Source of the DNA: an uncultured Desulfurococcales archaeon
GTDB lineage: Archaea > Thermoproteota > Thermoprotei_A > CAZTBM01 > SZUA-1508
Direction of reading: 5' to 3'
NCBI GenBank assembly: GCA_964611985.1
Contig: CAZTBM010000002.1
Span: 12,802-76,801, forward strand
Length of the DNA stretch: 64,000 nucleotides
Below, in pieces: positions 1-10,030 of the stretch; position 1 is the first letter of the stretch; the number at the start of each line of letters is the position of its first letter. The position numbers and the translations under genes were made by a program. The notes under the pieces are model-generated. The model did no database searches. It had not been told where the DNA came from and saw only the letters and a list, made by a program, of their open reading frames with translations.

Positions 1-368
1 TTGAACCTTATCTCTATATGGGCATGATAATCTGTCCATGGCCTGAAGGTTGGGCTATGTTGTAGTTCACCTAAAACATCACCTGTGCATACTTTTTCTC
101 CTACTTTAACTATTGGTTTTACATGTAACACTCTAATGTACCCAGTATCAGCTTTAAATCCACAAATATGTTCCTCATGAAGTTTTTTATAAAATACCAG
201 TACACCATCAAATGGACTTAAAACAATACTTTCACCTATAGGAGGGTAAATATCTACTGCACTAAAATTTAAATGCGCATAATATGGGCTATTAGTGAGT
301 GTAAAGTGATACGATTCTGGTATCCTTAGCGATATATTCTGGCAGTAACAAATTTCTATAAGTTTCAA
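1..368 (-). CDS. Partial CDS running off the window start; C-terminal region resembles peptidase M23 (LytM-type) domain
   Basis: Reverse-strand frame from TTG at 368-366 is open to position 1. Translation contains ...SPYYAHLNFSAVD...KVGEKVCTGDVLGELQHS...DYHAHIEIRF, matching M23 YxHL...GxxVxxGxxIGxxG...HxH motifs. No ATG/GTG start in frame; TTG is the only candidate. Confidence 0.3.
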   Translation of the reverse strand, partial: MKLIEICYCQNISLRIPESYHFTLTNSPYYAHLNFSAVDIYPPIGESIVLSPFDGVLVFYKKLHEEHICGFKADTGYIRVLHVKPIVKVGEKVCTGDVLGELQHSPTFRPWTDYHAHIEIRF

Positions 369-519
369 TCTGCTCTAACCCCTTTAAGTCTAGATAGTGA
401 TTACTCCAATAAACTTTATTGCTTAAAGTTCGCATTTTTCCATAGATAGCTGCCTCATCTTATTATAATAAATAAGTTAAAGTATTACTTGGTACTATAT
501 AGTCGAGTAGGTTGTCTTA

Positions 520-1485
520 ATGAAGATTAGGGCATCGATAGGAACTCTTATTGCCCTAGGTTTGGAGAGAGGAACCATAGCTGAGAGGGCATATCCTACT
601 ACAGCATATTTACTACAGTATTCTGAAAGAGGCTGTTTAGCTAGTTGTCTATTTTGCACACAGTCAGTAGAGAGTAATGTAAGGAGGGATTTTCTTAGTC
701 GAATCATCTGGCCCCCTATAGAACTTGATATGTTGGTTGATGCTTTAACTAAAAGACCTGTGTTTAAGAGGGTATGCTTTCAAACAGTAATTAAGAAGAA
801 CTTTATTAGAGAGGCTATTAACGCAATAGAGAGATTAAGTCACATAGGTATCCCTCTATCATTGTGTATAACACCTGTAATTAGCTACTATCTTGAAGTC
901 TTTAAGAAGAAGGGTGTTGAACATATAGGCGTCGGTCTTGATGCAATTACACCACAAGTATTTAAGGTTATGAGGAAGCCTTATACATGGAGCATCTACC
1001 TTAAGTTTATATCCAACGCTGTCCGGATCTTCGGTAGAGGGAAAGTAGATGTCCACGTGATAATAGGTTTAGGTGAAGATATAAAAGAAGCCATCAAAAT
1101 AATGAAACATTTATATGATTTAGGTGCAAGAGTGGCTCTCTTTGCTTACACTCCATTTAGAGGAGTCCCATATAGAGGATCTAGACCTGATATTCGTGTT
1201 TATCGCCTGTTCCAAATAGTAAATTACCTACTAAAGAAGGGCATTAATCCTTTAGAATATATTGTTGATGATCCCCACTTATGTGTGAAACTGAAACGTA
1301 AAATCTTAGATGAATTGAGCGAGGAAGAGTTAAAGGAGGCCCTTTTAACCTCTGGATGTCCAGAATGTAATAGACCATATTATAATGAAAGTCCCAAAGG
1401 ACCTCTATACAATTATCCAAGCAAAGATATAGTAAATAAGTATTGGGGTCTAGAGCTAAAGATATTAGATGAAATATTTATTTAA
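520..1485 (+). CDS. Radical SAM protein (CxxxCxxC), possibly a LipS-type lipoyl synthase component given lplA neighbourhood
   Basis: CLASCLFC = Cx3Cx2C radical-SAM cluster motif near the N-terminus. About 320 aa. Lies next to the split lipoate-protein ligase genes. Confidence 0.55.
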   Translation: MKIRASIGTLIALGLERGTIAERAYPTTAYLLQYSERGCLASCLFCTQSVESNVRRDFLSRIIWPPIELDMLVDALTKRPVFKRVCFQTVIKKNFIREAINAIERLSHIGIPLSLCITPVISYYLEVFKKKGVEHIGVGLDAITPQVFKVMRKPYTWSIYLKFISNAVRIFGRGKVDVHVIIGLGEDIKEAIKIMKHLYDLGARVALFAYTPFRGVPYRGSRPDIRVYRLFQIVNYLLKKGINPLEYIVDDPHLCVKLKRKILDELSEEELKEALLTSGCPECNRPYYNESPKGPLYNYPSKDIVNKYWGLELKILDEIFI

Positions 1486-1507
1486 CTTTTTAACTTTGAC
1501 TATAATT

Positions 1508-1819
1508 TTAACCTCTCAACGCCTCTTCTATAGCCTCTTTAAGAAGGCTTTTAACATGATTCAATGTTATACCATACAACTCTCCTTTACCCATTATGTT
1601 AACTACTTTATCTACTAAGTCATAACTGATTTTAGTATCTTTTACACTTTTCTCGGCTTCATCAACAACCTCGGGTGGATATACGAAGAAGTCTCCCGTA
1701 ATATATAATGCCTTCACTTTACGCTCTTTAATATCAACTATTAATTCTATTTCTAAGAGTTTACCTCCAGGGACCTTAACACTCTTAACTATACTTTTAA
1801 TTTGTTCCATACGTCTCAC
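1508..1819 (-). CDS. Lipoate-protein ligase C-terminal domain protein (LplA-C / LplB)
   Basis: 103-aa ORF directly downstream of the LplA catalytic-domain ORF on the same strand. Size and sequence style (…VPGGKLLEIELIV…ITGDFF…) fit the stand-alone archaeal LplA C-terminal domain. Confidence 0.65.
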   Translation of the reverse strand: MRRMEQIKSIVKSVKVPGGKLLEIELIVDIKERKVKALYITGDFFVYPPEVVDEAEKSVKDTKISYDLVDKVVNIMGKGELYGITLNHVKSLLKEAIEEALRG

Positions 1820-1822
1820 CTC

Positions 1823-2641
1823 TCATGGTCTAAGTTCAAGCCATTCTCTTGACTTATACTTCCACATGAGATTCTTAGCTAGCTCTATTTCTTCAGGTCT
1901 TAACTGGTCCTCGTATAATTCAGCGTTTAATGCCTTAGAAAAACCATATTTCAATGCATCAATGGTTTCATCCCTAGTTACTCTTCTACCTAGTGCTTCA
2001 CTTATTGTTGTTACTCTTTCCCTTATTGAGGGAACCTTCTTAGCCTTAAGTTTGATTTTTGGCACTCTTAAGACTGAGGCTAGGAGATCCAGATCAGTAG
2101 CATACATGAATGTTCCATGCTGTAGTACTGTATTCCTTCTTCTAATTTGTGCTTGGCCGGAGAACTTCTTACCAGCAATGACGACATCATTTATGGGAAT
2201 GAATTTCGCTTCTACACCTAAGTATTCTGCTGCATAAACTATACCCTTAGTTATTACCTCGTAAGATTTAGCAACATCCCTAGGTATTCTATCAAGTGTT
2301 GATACAATGGAGTAGGTTATTTCACCATTAGAGTCATGATATACTGAGCCTCCACCAGTAATTCTTCTAACAATAGGTATTCCTAGCTCTCTAGCTCTCT
2401 CTAAGTTTACAGCCCTACTTAGTGACTGGAAATATCCTATAGTTATTGCTGAGGGATTAAATACATATAGTCTTAAAGTATCAGGTGTTATGTTTACATA
2501 TCTAAGAATCAACAAAGCCTCATCAAGTGCCATTTGATAATAAGGGTCTCCATCGTCTACAATTAGTCTTAAACGCCACACTAGAATCCCCTTATAAACT
2601 AAGTGTAACATAGTTATAAAAAATATTTCAATATACTTCAC
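1823..2641 (-). CDS. lplA: Lipoate-protein ligase A catalytic subunit (BPL/LplA/LipB family)
   Basis: 272 aa; DEALL…TLRLYVFNPSAITIGYFQS…GGGSVYHD pattern is typical of the LplA N-terminal catalytic domain. Followed by the LplA-C ORF. Confidence 0.75.
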   Translation of the reverse strand: MKYIEIFFITMLHLVYKGILVWRLRLIVDDGDPYYQMALDEALLILRYVNITPDTLRLYVFNPSAITIGYFQSLSRAVNLERARELGIPIVRRITGGGSVYHDSNGEITYSIVSTLDRIPRDVAKSYEVITKGIVYAAEYLGVEAKFIPINDVVIAGKKFSGQAQIRRRNTVLQHGTFMYATDLDLLASVLRVPKIKLKAKKVPSIRERVTTISEALGRRVTRDETIDALKYGFSKALNAELYEDQLRPEEIELAKNLMWKYKSREWLELRP

Positions 2642-2657
2642 AGTGATCTATTTGTTT

Positions 2658-5600
2658 TTATGTAGCATAAAGTTCCTCGAATAATTCCTCTTCAGTTACT
2701 TCCTTTCTTCTTCTAAGCCTAGGTCTAATGAACTTGAGGAATACTATCACAATTATAGCTATGATGGGTGGTATTATCAAGTAATTTGAGTATGCAAATA
2801 GTGTCCTGAATATTATTGTTTGTAATGTCGGTTTGAGTTTGAATTCCAGTAGAACATCGTGATCTAGATATATCTTTTTAGTTTCAGGAGCATACCCATT
2901 ATAACTTACTTTTATCGTGTATTCATCACGTGGTAGGTTTATAGCATAGCTTCCTTTTTTATCTGTTTTACCAGTAATACTTTCAGCATTTAAGATCTGT
3001 ATTTCGGCACCTTGTACAGGTTTTCCTTCTTCATCTCTCACTATAACCCTTAAGATGTATGGTCTCCTTGAGAGTAATACTCTTACTTCCTTGTCGCTAT
3101 TTAGTATAACCTTCATAGTCTTCTTACCGTAAGGCTCACTTGGAATAACGTTTATGATATAAATTCCACTAGGTAGCGTTATAGCAGTAAAAGGTGGTTT
3201 AAGAACAGTAATTACTTTGGTATCCTTTACTACTTCGACCTTAGCATCTACGGGTTCCAGTGTAGATTTGTCTAAAACTTTTACTATAAGTTTATAACGT
3301 GGATATTTAAAGGTAATAGTTATTTTTGTATTTTCTGTTAGTTCTACTACCGTAGAAGCTGGCTCCATACCGCTCTTAAATGCTTTCACTTTGTAAATTC
3401 CCGGCTTTAGAAGGAAAGTAACACTATTGGTTGTCGTACTTTTTGATGTTCTCCACGTATCAGTTGATATTAAAACATGGAAACCTTTTAGCGGTTTACC
3501 TCCCTCGTCAACAGCTTCTATTGTTAATTTGTATTTTACTGGAGTCAGCGAGATAACTACTATACCCGGGACATGTATTTTCATAATAGCTGGTTCATAA
3601 TTTTTAACTGTAATGTCTAATTCGTAATTTCCTCCAGGTATCTTTAATGTTGAGTTATCCTGTGTTATGATAAGCTTTCCTTCAACCCCTGTAAGTAGGT
3701 CTCGTATAACCAGTCTAACAGGATATACAGGTTTCCCTGTATCCTTATCTATGATTTTTATTACTAACCGTTCGAGCCTTGCTGGAATAGACACATTAAG
3801 CGCCATAGATCTATTGATGTAAACGTCTTTTTGATATGTTCTACCGTCAGGTAATGTTAGGTATAACCTATATGGTCCTTCGCGAATAAATGACTCAACT
3901 GTCTTTCTCGTCTTATCTACTATAGCTATCGTGAATTTGACTATTCCTTCTTCATCAGATATCCCTTCATATCTTGGTAATCCCTTTTTAAGCGGGATTA
4001 ATACTGCCTTCACTTTTGGTACAGGTCCTGCACCAAAACCTATTCCATAAGGATCGCCTTTACATAAAACCTTCACTGTAAAATGGAATAATTCAAAGTT
4101 TATTATCGGGTCTACACTTTCTCTAAATCCTGTTTCAATTTTCTCTACTACTTCACCTAGTGTTGGATCAAAAACTCTAATATAATATGTGCCACGTGAG
4201 ACATAGAAAAATGCTTCACCTCTCTCATTGGTTATTCCCTTCATTAACGTTTTATTTAGTGCATTCAGTAGTTCGACTTCAGCTTCAGGTATAGGTGTTG
4301 TCTCATTGAGCATTACCTTAACTTTAATCTCAAAGTACTCAGGTAACCCTTTTGTATACATTTCACTTTTCAATCCTTTTATTACGAAGACTTTGCCATC
4401 ACTTAAGCCGTATACTATAAGGTTACCAGTAGTTGATGTAGCTACACTAGTGATATCACTGATCATTGGAAGTCCATGTTCTTGTAACCATAAAGGTTTA
4501 CCACAGTTAAAAGTTATAAGCTGTGTTTTCCTAATTGATGATGCTAGAACAAAACCCATAATATTATGTTCAAGCCTTCTCCAAGCCCAAATTAGATTAA
4601 CATGTCTAACTGCCTCTGTAAGCGGCTCTAAAGGAACACACCACTCTAGCTTAAAATTAAATTTTTCACCAAATGTGTCCGTTGTTATATTAAACATGTA
4701 TATGTTTCCATCAGTACATCCAATAATTGTATAGACTGAGTTCACTCTATAATAAAGGAGTAACTGTGACGAAATCCCAGGTATATAGTATGTGAACTTT
4801 TCAACGAGTTCATAACCTGTCTTATTGATTACTATTGCTTTCTTAAGAACGTTCCATGTGATGGTATCTTCACTTACGTATGATAGTAAGAGAATATCTC
4901 TACCAAGAAAACCAGATATACCTATAGGTCCCTCTATGAGTGAAGGTAGTAAAGAGATATAGAGAACGCTATAATTAAATGGTGCATTAGTAAAGTTGAG
5001 TATGGCAAGAAACGGGTATGTACCCCTAGTTGTAGATACTACCCCCTTAATTAGTGTATATTCACAGTTATAGCAGTAGCTATTCTTACATTCATAGTAA
5101 TCGGTCTTCAATACCACATCAGATATACTGATGGATGTAATGTTAGTTATACCAAATGTACTATTGAGTGCTTCAACAAGTTTATTATTGTGAATACCCT
5201 TAAACCCTATCTCAAGTCTCCCGTGATAATATATGTTATATACGTAGAGTAAGCCTTTTGAGTCAAGAACAAGTAATATTCCATGCTTTCCATCTAAGAG
5301 TGTTTTAATAATGTTAGCTTTATGGCCCGAAACCTTTACCAATTCCCTAATGTACTTGAGTTTTTTAGTTGAAACTTCTAAGACCGCAGCCTCCCCATTA
5401 TTGGTTGATACTGCAACAAGACCTCTACCATATCCGCCTATTGTGAGGGAATTGATCTTGCCTAGCAGAGTCTTATTCCATACTTCAAACTTATTTTCAG
5501 AGCTATTAACATAGACTACATATAACGTATTCTCTGAAGATGCAACAAATGTGGTATCATTGATTACCTTAACGCTACTTATACCTGAGTCTGAAAGCTT

Positions 5601-5753
5601 AATTAGCAATCCACACTCATAATTTGCCCTTATAAACTCAAGTGACTGGGTATTGGTTACACTTAATAGAGGAATAAACAGCATTAAAAATACTAGGATG
5701 ACTGCCACTCTCTTGAAGATTCTTATCACATCATTACATACGTGCATAAACAT
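2658..5753 (-). CDS. Large cell-surface/secreted protein (signal peptide, beta-rich repeats, C-terminal TM anchor and charged tail)
   Basis: 1031 aa. N-terminal hydrophobic signal (VAVILVFLMLFIPLLSV). C-terminal IIPPIIAIIVIVFLKFIRPRLRRRK membrane anchor. Many N-glycosylation sequons (NxT/S), typical of Sulfolobales surface proteins. Confidence 0.6.
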   Translation of the reverse strand: MFMHVCNDVIRIFKRVAVILVFLMLFIPLLSVTNTQSLEFIRANYECGLLIKLSDSGISSVKVINDTTFVASSENTLYVVYVNSSENKFEVWNKTLLGKINSLTIGGYGRGLVAVSTNNGEAAVLEVSTKKLKYIRELVKVSGHKANIIKTLLDGKHGILLVLDSKGLLYVYNIYYHGRLEIGFKGIHNNKLVEALNSTFGITNITSISISDVVLKTDYYECKNSYCYNCEYTLIKGVVSTTRGTYPFLAILNFTNAPFNYSVLYISLLPSLIEGPIGISGFLGRDILLLSYVSEDTITWNVLKKAIVINKTGYELVEKFTYYIPGISSQLLLYYRVNSVYTIIGCTDGNIYMFNITTDTFGEKFNFKLEWCVPLEPLTEAVRHVNLIWAWRRLEHNIMGFVLASSIRKTQLITFNCGKPLWLQEHGLPMISDITSVATSTTGNLIVYGLSDGKVFVIKGLKSEMYTKGLPEYFEIKVKVMLNETTPIPEAEVELLNALNKTLMKGITNERGEAFFYVSRGTYYIRVFDPTLGEVVEKIETGFRESVDPIINFELFHFTVKVLCKGDPYGIGFGAGPVPKVKAVLIPLKKGLPRYEGISDEEGIVKFTIAIVDKTRKTVESFIREGPYRLYLTLPDGRTYQKDVYINRSMALNVSIPARLERLVIKIIDKDTGKPVYPVRLVIRDLLTGVEGKLIITQDNSTLKIPGGNYELDITVKNYEPAIMKIHVPGIVVISLTPVKYKLTIEAVDEGGKPLKGFHVLISTDTWRTSKSTTTNSVTFLLKPGIYKVKAFKSGMEPASTVVELTENTKITITFKYPRYKLIVKVLDKSTLEPVDAKVEVVKDTKVITVLKPPFTAITLPSGIYIINVIPSEPYGKKTMKVILNSDKEVRVLLSRRPYILRVIVRDEEGKPVQGAEIQILNAESITGKTDKKGSYAINLPRDEYTIKVSYNGYAPETKKIYLDHDVLLEFKLKPTLQTIIFRTLFAYSNYLIIPPIIAIIVIVFLKFIRPRLRRRKEVTEEELFEELYAT

Positions 5754-6111
5754 AGTACCTCAGGGCACTCCTCAAAGAGGATACTAAATCATTATGTACG
5801 TAAGCTCCCTTTTTTATCATAAAACTAGTAGGGCTATCACAGATTTAAAAATTCTTAGTCATATTGATTGAAAAAAGAACCCTATAAAGAACGTTGAGGA
5901 AGAAGTTTATCTATAAGAATTGTGTAATAAATACATGAGATTAAAGGAGTTTAATGATGAGGCTTACAAGGGCAGATTTTGGTGATGTAAGAACCCGCGT
6001 CTGAATTAACGGGTATTGGGAGTTGTATCATGACTCTACTTAAGTAAAACATAAAAATGTAATCCTTTCTTCTTTAACCTCAAAAGCAGTTCGTATTAGT
6101 ATTAGGATGGG

Positions 6112-6396
6112 GTGTCTATGAGCATGTGCAATAAGGACTTAAGCAAGGATGCGCTCATAGACTTAATCCTAAGAGCTGGCCTTGTACAAGACTTTATTGA
6201 GTGGTTAAAGAGGAAAAATATTGAACTATATGGTCTAAAAGGTCTTGAAGAACTAGATTATAGTGTGGTATTTGAATATGCTAAGGAGAAAAGACTAGTA
6301 GTTCTTGAAGAGGACATCTTCGAAGGTAGTGATAAAATAGAGGAAAAGTACGAACCCTTAAATATTAGACCGAAGACCCCTCCAAAGAAAAAATAA
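6112..6396 (+). CDS. Hypothetical protein
   Basis: 94-aa ORF with acidic/Lys-rich C-terminus. No recognisable motif. Confidence 0.3.
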   Translation: MSMSMCNKDLSKDALIDLILRAGLVQDFIEWLKRKNIELYGLKGLEELDYSVVFEYAKEKRLVVLEEDIFEGSDKIEEKYEPLNIRPKTPPKKK

Positions 6397-6599
6397 ACGA
6401 ATTTTAGTAGACCCTCCCCTATCAATAATTTTACTTCACATTGTCTAATTCTTTATTATAATTTGACTATATAGCTGGAAGCTTATAGTTAGGATTCTTT
6501 AATAGTTAAGTATATCAGATGTAAGGCTTCTATAGAAAAACTTATAAGATAGTAGAGGATTCCTCTAGTAGAGCCATGTAAAAAATTGAGGTGTGTTTA

Positions 6600-6764
6600 T
6601 TGGAGTGCCCGGTATGTAAGGCTAAGATTGAGCTACCATCTGATATAATAGATGGTGAAATAGTTGAGTGTGAAAGTTGTGGAGTTGAACTAGAGGTTAA
6701 AGTATCATCTGGTAATAATATATCCTTGAAACTTGTAAATATAGAAGAGGACTGGGGCGAGTAA
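6600..6764 (+). CDS. lysW: Alpha-aminoadipate/glutamate carrier protein LysW (4-Cys zinc-ribbon type)
   Basis: Not in the ORF track because it is under 60 aa. Translation (M)ECPVCKAKIELPSDIIDGEIVECESCGVELEVKV…NIEEDWGE* has the CxxC…CxxC zinc ribbon and the C-terminal EDWGE tail characteristic of LysW. GAGGTG SD-like motif at 6588-6593 precedes TTG 6600; GTG 6591 is an alternative start. Immediately upstream of lysX. Confidence 0.8.
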   Translation: MECPVCKAKIELPSDIIDGEIVECESCGVELEVKVSSGNNISLKLVNIEEDWGE

Positions 6765-6790
6765 AATTAAGTTACCACTCCGATGTAATA

Positions 6791-7624
6791 TTGGTATATG
6801 ATATCCCCAGATATGAAGAGAAGAGTATATACAATGAACTATCTAATTTAGGTATAAAAGTAGACATACTTAACGTTCAACGAGAACCTTTACCTCTATT
6901 TGATAAAGGTCTTTCATGCAAGTTAGCGCTTATTAGGGTAATGAGTTTTACAAGAGCATATTATTCATCATTGTACTTTGATACATTAGGCTCCTATACT
7001 ATAAACTCACCATACACTATATTAACTTGTGGAGATAAGGTAATATCATTAGCTAAGCTGAAAAAATATTCCATACCCATCCCTAAGACGTGTATTAGCT
7101 TAGCTAATGATTCTTTAGATAAGATTCCAAAAATACTCAAATACCCATTAGTCGATAAGCCACCAATAGGTAGCTGGGGTAGAATGGTTAGCTTGGTGAA
7201 CGACTATACATGTCTAAAAATCATCAAGGAACATAGGGAACTCTTCCAGGATCCCAGATTAAAAGTTCATATAGTCCAAGAGTATATACCGCATGATAAA
7301 GATTATAGAGTATTAGTTTTAGGTGATGAAATATTGGGTATCATATGTAGAGTTAGAAGAGATGAAGATTGGAGAACCAATGTAGCTCTAGGAGGTAAAG
7401 TGGAGAGTGTACCTAAAGCTAATAAAGAAATAGAAGAATTAACTTTTAAGGTTAAGGAGATAGTTAAGGGCGACTTTATTGCAGTAGACATTATAGAGCA
7501 TGATAGTAAGTATTATGTAATTGAAGTTAATGGTGTCCCTGAATTTAAAGGTTTCATGAAAGCTACAGGTATAAATGTACCCTTAAAAATAGCCAAATAC
7601 GTTAAGGAGGTTATGAAAAGGTGA
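6791..7624 (+). CDS. lysX: LysW-alpha-aminoadipate ligase LysX (ATP-grasp, RimK family)
   Basis: 277 aa ATP-grasp. YDIPRYEEK N-terminus and …EVNGVPEF… C-terminal ATP-grasp motif. Follows lysW. TTG start. Stop overlaps the next gene. Confidence 0.8.
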   Translation: MVYDIPRYEEKSIYNELSNLGIKVDILNVQREPLPLFDKGLSCKLALIRVMSFTRAYYSSLYFDTLGSYTINSPYTILTCGDKVISLAKLKKYSIPIPKTCISLANDSLDKIPKILKYPLVDKPPIGSWGRMVSLVNDYTCLKIIKEHRELFQDPRLKVHIVQEYIPHDKDYRVLVLGDEILGIICRVRRDEDWRTNVALGGKVESVPKANKEIEELTFKVKEIVKGDFIAVDIIEHDSKYYVIEVNGVPEFKGFMKATGINVPLKIAKYVKEVMKR

Positions 7625-8679
7625 CCAAAGTCTCAATAATAGGTGCCTCAGGATATACAGGTGGAGAACTACTCAGAATATTAAGTAGACATCCCAAAGT
7701 CGAAATTATTATAGCCACTTCCAGGGAGTACAAAGGTAAACCAGTACATTACGCACATCCTAATTTAAGAGGTATAAGTAAACTTAAACGATTAAAGTAT
7801 TCAGAGACAAACATCGACAAAATAGCATCTGAATCTGATGTCGTCTTTCTCGCAGTACCACACGGAGTATCATTAAAGTATGTACCTAAACTTCTCGAAG
7901 TAGGATTAAAGATCATTGATTTAAGCGCCGACTTTAGACTAAAGGATCCAGAAGAATACAAAAGATGGTATGGTATTGAACATCCCTATCCAGATTTACT
8001 CAAGAAGAGCGTCTATGGGTTACCTGAGTTGCATAGAGAGGAAATTAGGAATACCACTCTAATCGGCAATCCTGGATGTAATTCCACTGCGGGAATCTTA
8101 TCATTAATACCCTTAGTTAAACATAAGGTTATTGACTTAGATCACATAGCCATAGACGTTAAGGTAGGTTCGTCAGAGGCTGGCGCTAAACCCTCTAAAG
8201 GCTCTCACCATCCAGAAAGAGAGAATGTAATGAGGCCTTATAGTGCTGAAGGTCACAGGCATGTAGCTGAAATTGAACAAGAACTAAGCATTATAGCAGG
8301 TAGAAAACTAAAAGTAGCATTCACACCTCATGCTGTAAGCTCTATCAGGGGAGCACTTGCCTCAGCCCATACATGGCTTATAAAAGAAGTGGATGAAATA
8401 AGCTTACTAAGAATATACACACTAACCTATGCTAAGGAGCCATTTGTTAGAGTAGTCTATGGTGCACCATTGAAGTACCCTGATCCAAAGTATGTAATAG
8501 GATCCAATTTTGCTGACATAGGCTTCGCCTTAGATAAGAGGGTAGGCAGAGTAGTATCATTTGCAGCTATCGATAATTTGGTTAAGGGAGCCTCTGGACA
8601 GGCAGTACAATGCTTTAACATAATGATGGGATTTGAAGAAACTTTAGGCCTAGATATACCACCGTTAAGACCTGCGTGA
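7621..8679 (+). CDS. lysY: LysW-aminoadipyl-phosphate / N-acetyl-gamma-glutamyl-phosphate reductase (LysY/ArgC)
   Basis: 352 aa. IIGASGYTGGELLRIL Rossmann N-terminus and GNPGCNSTAG active-site Cys motif of the ArgC family. 4-nt overlap with lysX and lysZ. Confidence 0.85.
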   Translation: MTKVSIIGASGYTGGELLRILSRHPKVEIIIATSREYKGKPVHYAHPNLRGISKLKRLKYSETNIDKIASESDVVFLAVPHGVSLKYVPKLLEVGLKIIDLSADFRLKDPEEYKRWYGIEHPYPDLLKKSVYGLPELHREEIRNTTLIGNPGCNSTAGILSLIPLVKHKVIDLDHIAIDVKVGSSEAGAKPSKGSHHPERENVMRPYSAEGHRHVAEIEQELSIIAGRKLKVAFTPHAVSSIRGALASAHTWLIKEVDEISLLRIYTLTYAKEPFVRVVYGAPLKYPDPKYVIGSNFADIGFALDKRVGRVVSFAAIDNLVKGASGQAVQCFNIMMGFEETLGLDIPPLRPA

Positions 8680-9485
8680 TAGTAATGATCATAGTTAAAA
8701 TTGGTGGAAGAGCTTTAGAGCAAGGACTTGATAACGTGCTAGATGACTTAAAGACCTTATATGATAGAGGAGAGAAAATAGTATTCGTTCATGGAGGAGG
8801 TGATATAGTCACCTTTTACTCTAAACGGCTAGGAATAGAACCTAAATTCGTCATATCACCTAGTGGTGTGAGAAGCCGATATACATCACCTGAGGAACTA
8901 GAAGTGTACCTAATGGTTATGGCTGGTAAAATCAATAAAGAGATTACGGCAAAAATGCTGAGAAGAAACATTAAGGCTATAGGATTATCAGGAGTTGACG
9001 GCAAGCTTCTCTTGGCCGAAAGGAAAAAGAGAATTATAATAGTTGATGAGAGGGGAAGGAAAAGAGTCATTGAAGGAGGCTATACTGGAAAGATAAAACA
9101 GGTTAATGCTGAGGTACTACTTAGTCTTCTCGAAAAATCTTTCCTACCTGTAATAGCGCCTATAGCCTATGGTACTGAGGGAGAACTACTAAATGTTGAC
9201 GGCGACCAAGCCGCATCCGAAATAGCTATCGCAATGAAAGCTAATACTTTAATATTACTTACTGATGTTCAAGGAGTCATAATCGATAATAACATAGTAT
9301 CTTGTATAAAGGTTAAGGAGGTGAAAGAAATAGTTAAAAGTGTTGGCATGGGAATGAATAGAAAGATTATCTTAGCATCAAGAGCTATTGAAGGAGGAGT
9401 TAAAAGAGTAATAATTTCATCAGCTTTAATTTCTAATCCCATCATAAATGCACTTAAAGGCTCAGGTACGGTGATTGAGCCATGA
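8676..9485 (+). CDS. lysZ: LysW-aminoadipate / acetylglutamate kinase (LysZ/ArgB, amino-acid kinase family)
   Basis: 269 aa. VKIGG…VFVHGGG amino-acid-kinase signature. In the operon between lysY and lysM. Confidence 0.8.
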   Translation: MIVMIIVKIGGRALEQGLDNVLDDLKTLYDRGEKIVFVHGGGDIVTFYSKRLGIEPKFVISPSGVRSRYTSPEELEVYLMVMAGKINKEITAKMLRRNIKAIGLSGVDGKLLLAERKKRIIIVDERGRKRVIEGGYTGKIKQVNAEVLLSLLEKSFLPVIAPIAYGTEGELLNVDGDQAASEIAIAMKANTLILLTDVQGVIIDNNIVSCIKVKEVKEIVKSVGMGMNRKIILASRAIEGGVKRVIISSALISNPIINALKGSGTVIEP

Positions 9486-9904
9486 TCGTTCTTGATAAAA
9501 TAGATCTTACAATAATTGATATATTAAGGAAGAATGCTAGAACGCCGTATACTGAGATCGCTAAGAAACTTAGACTAAGCGAGGCTGCAATCAGGAAAAG
9601 AATTGACAAACTAGTGAGGCTAGGTGTGATAAGAAGATTTACAATAGATGTCAGTTTAGAAAATGAAATAAAAGCTATCATATTAGTTAAAGTTAATCCA
9701 CCCACACCTGTAAGTGAAGTTTCAAAGAAGATCATTAAGTTTAATGGTGTGGACGTAGTGTACGAGATAACAGGAGATCATGATATTGCAGTTATAGTCC
9801 ATGGGCAGAGCATGCTGGAAATAAACAAGTATATTGATATGATAAGAGATATTAAAGGAGTTGCAGGCACAAATACTATGATCGTGCTTAGAGCGTGGTA
9901 CTAA
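9482..9904 (+). CDS. lysM: Lrp/AsnC-family transcriptional regulator (LysM-like regulator of the lys cluster)
   Basis: 140 aa. N-terminal HTH (DKIDLTIIDILRKNARTPYTEIAKKL) and C-terminal RAM domain. Position between lysZ and argX matches the Sulfolobus LysM arrangement. Confidence 0.75.
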   Translation: MIVLDKIDLTIIDILRKNARTPYTEIAKKLRLSEAAIRKRIDKLVRLGVIRRFTIDVSLENEIKAIILVKVNPPTPVSEVSKKIIKFNGVDVVYEITGDHDIAVIVHGQSMLEINKYIDMIRDIKGVAGTNTMIVLRAWY

Positions 9905-10030
9905 AAAACAATAGAATATTGTTTACACGTTCGAATTTATGACAAGAACTACTATAAGAAATCGAACCATGGGGTTATAGGTGGGGTTTTTAACCTTCGT
10001 ACCATACCGAAGAGTCTACGGTGATAGAGC

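Noticed and set aside
495-707. 70-aa minus-strand ORF overlapping the radical-SAM gene start
   Set aside because: Antisense to a well-supported CDS, low-complexity translation, no motif.
4228-4734. Antisense and nested ORFs inside long genes (e.g. 4228-4734, 5311-5514, 11731-12162, 26900-27352, 28155-28532, 34809-35402, 40004-40576, 55530-56189, 57588-57905, 58133-58507, 60384-60648)
   Set aside because: Each lies opposite or out of frame within a strongly supported CDS and translates to low-complexity Ser/Leu/Thr-rich sequence without motifs. These are typical AT-rich-genome artefacts.
5900-6070. Possible small ORF (MMRLTRADFGDVRTRV) and GC-richer patch in the 5754-6111 intergenic region
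   Set aside because: It is only 16 codons with no motif. The GC-rich patch does not fold into an obvious tRNA-like structure.
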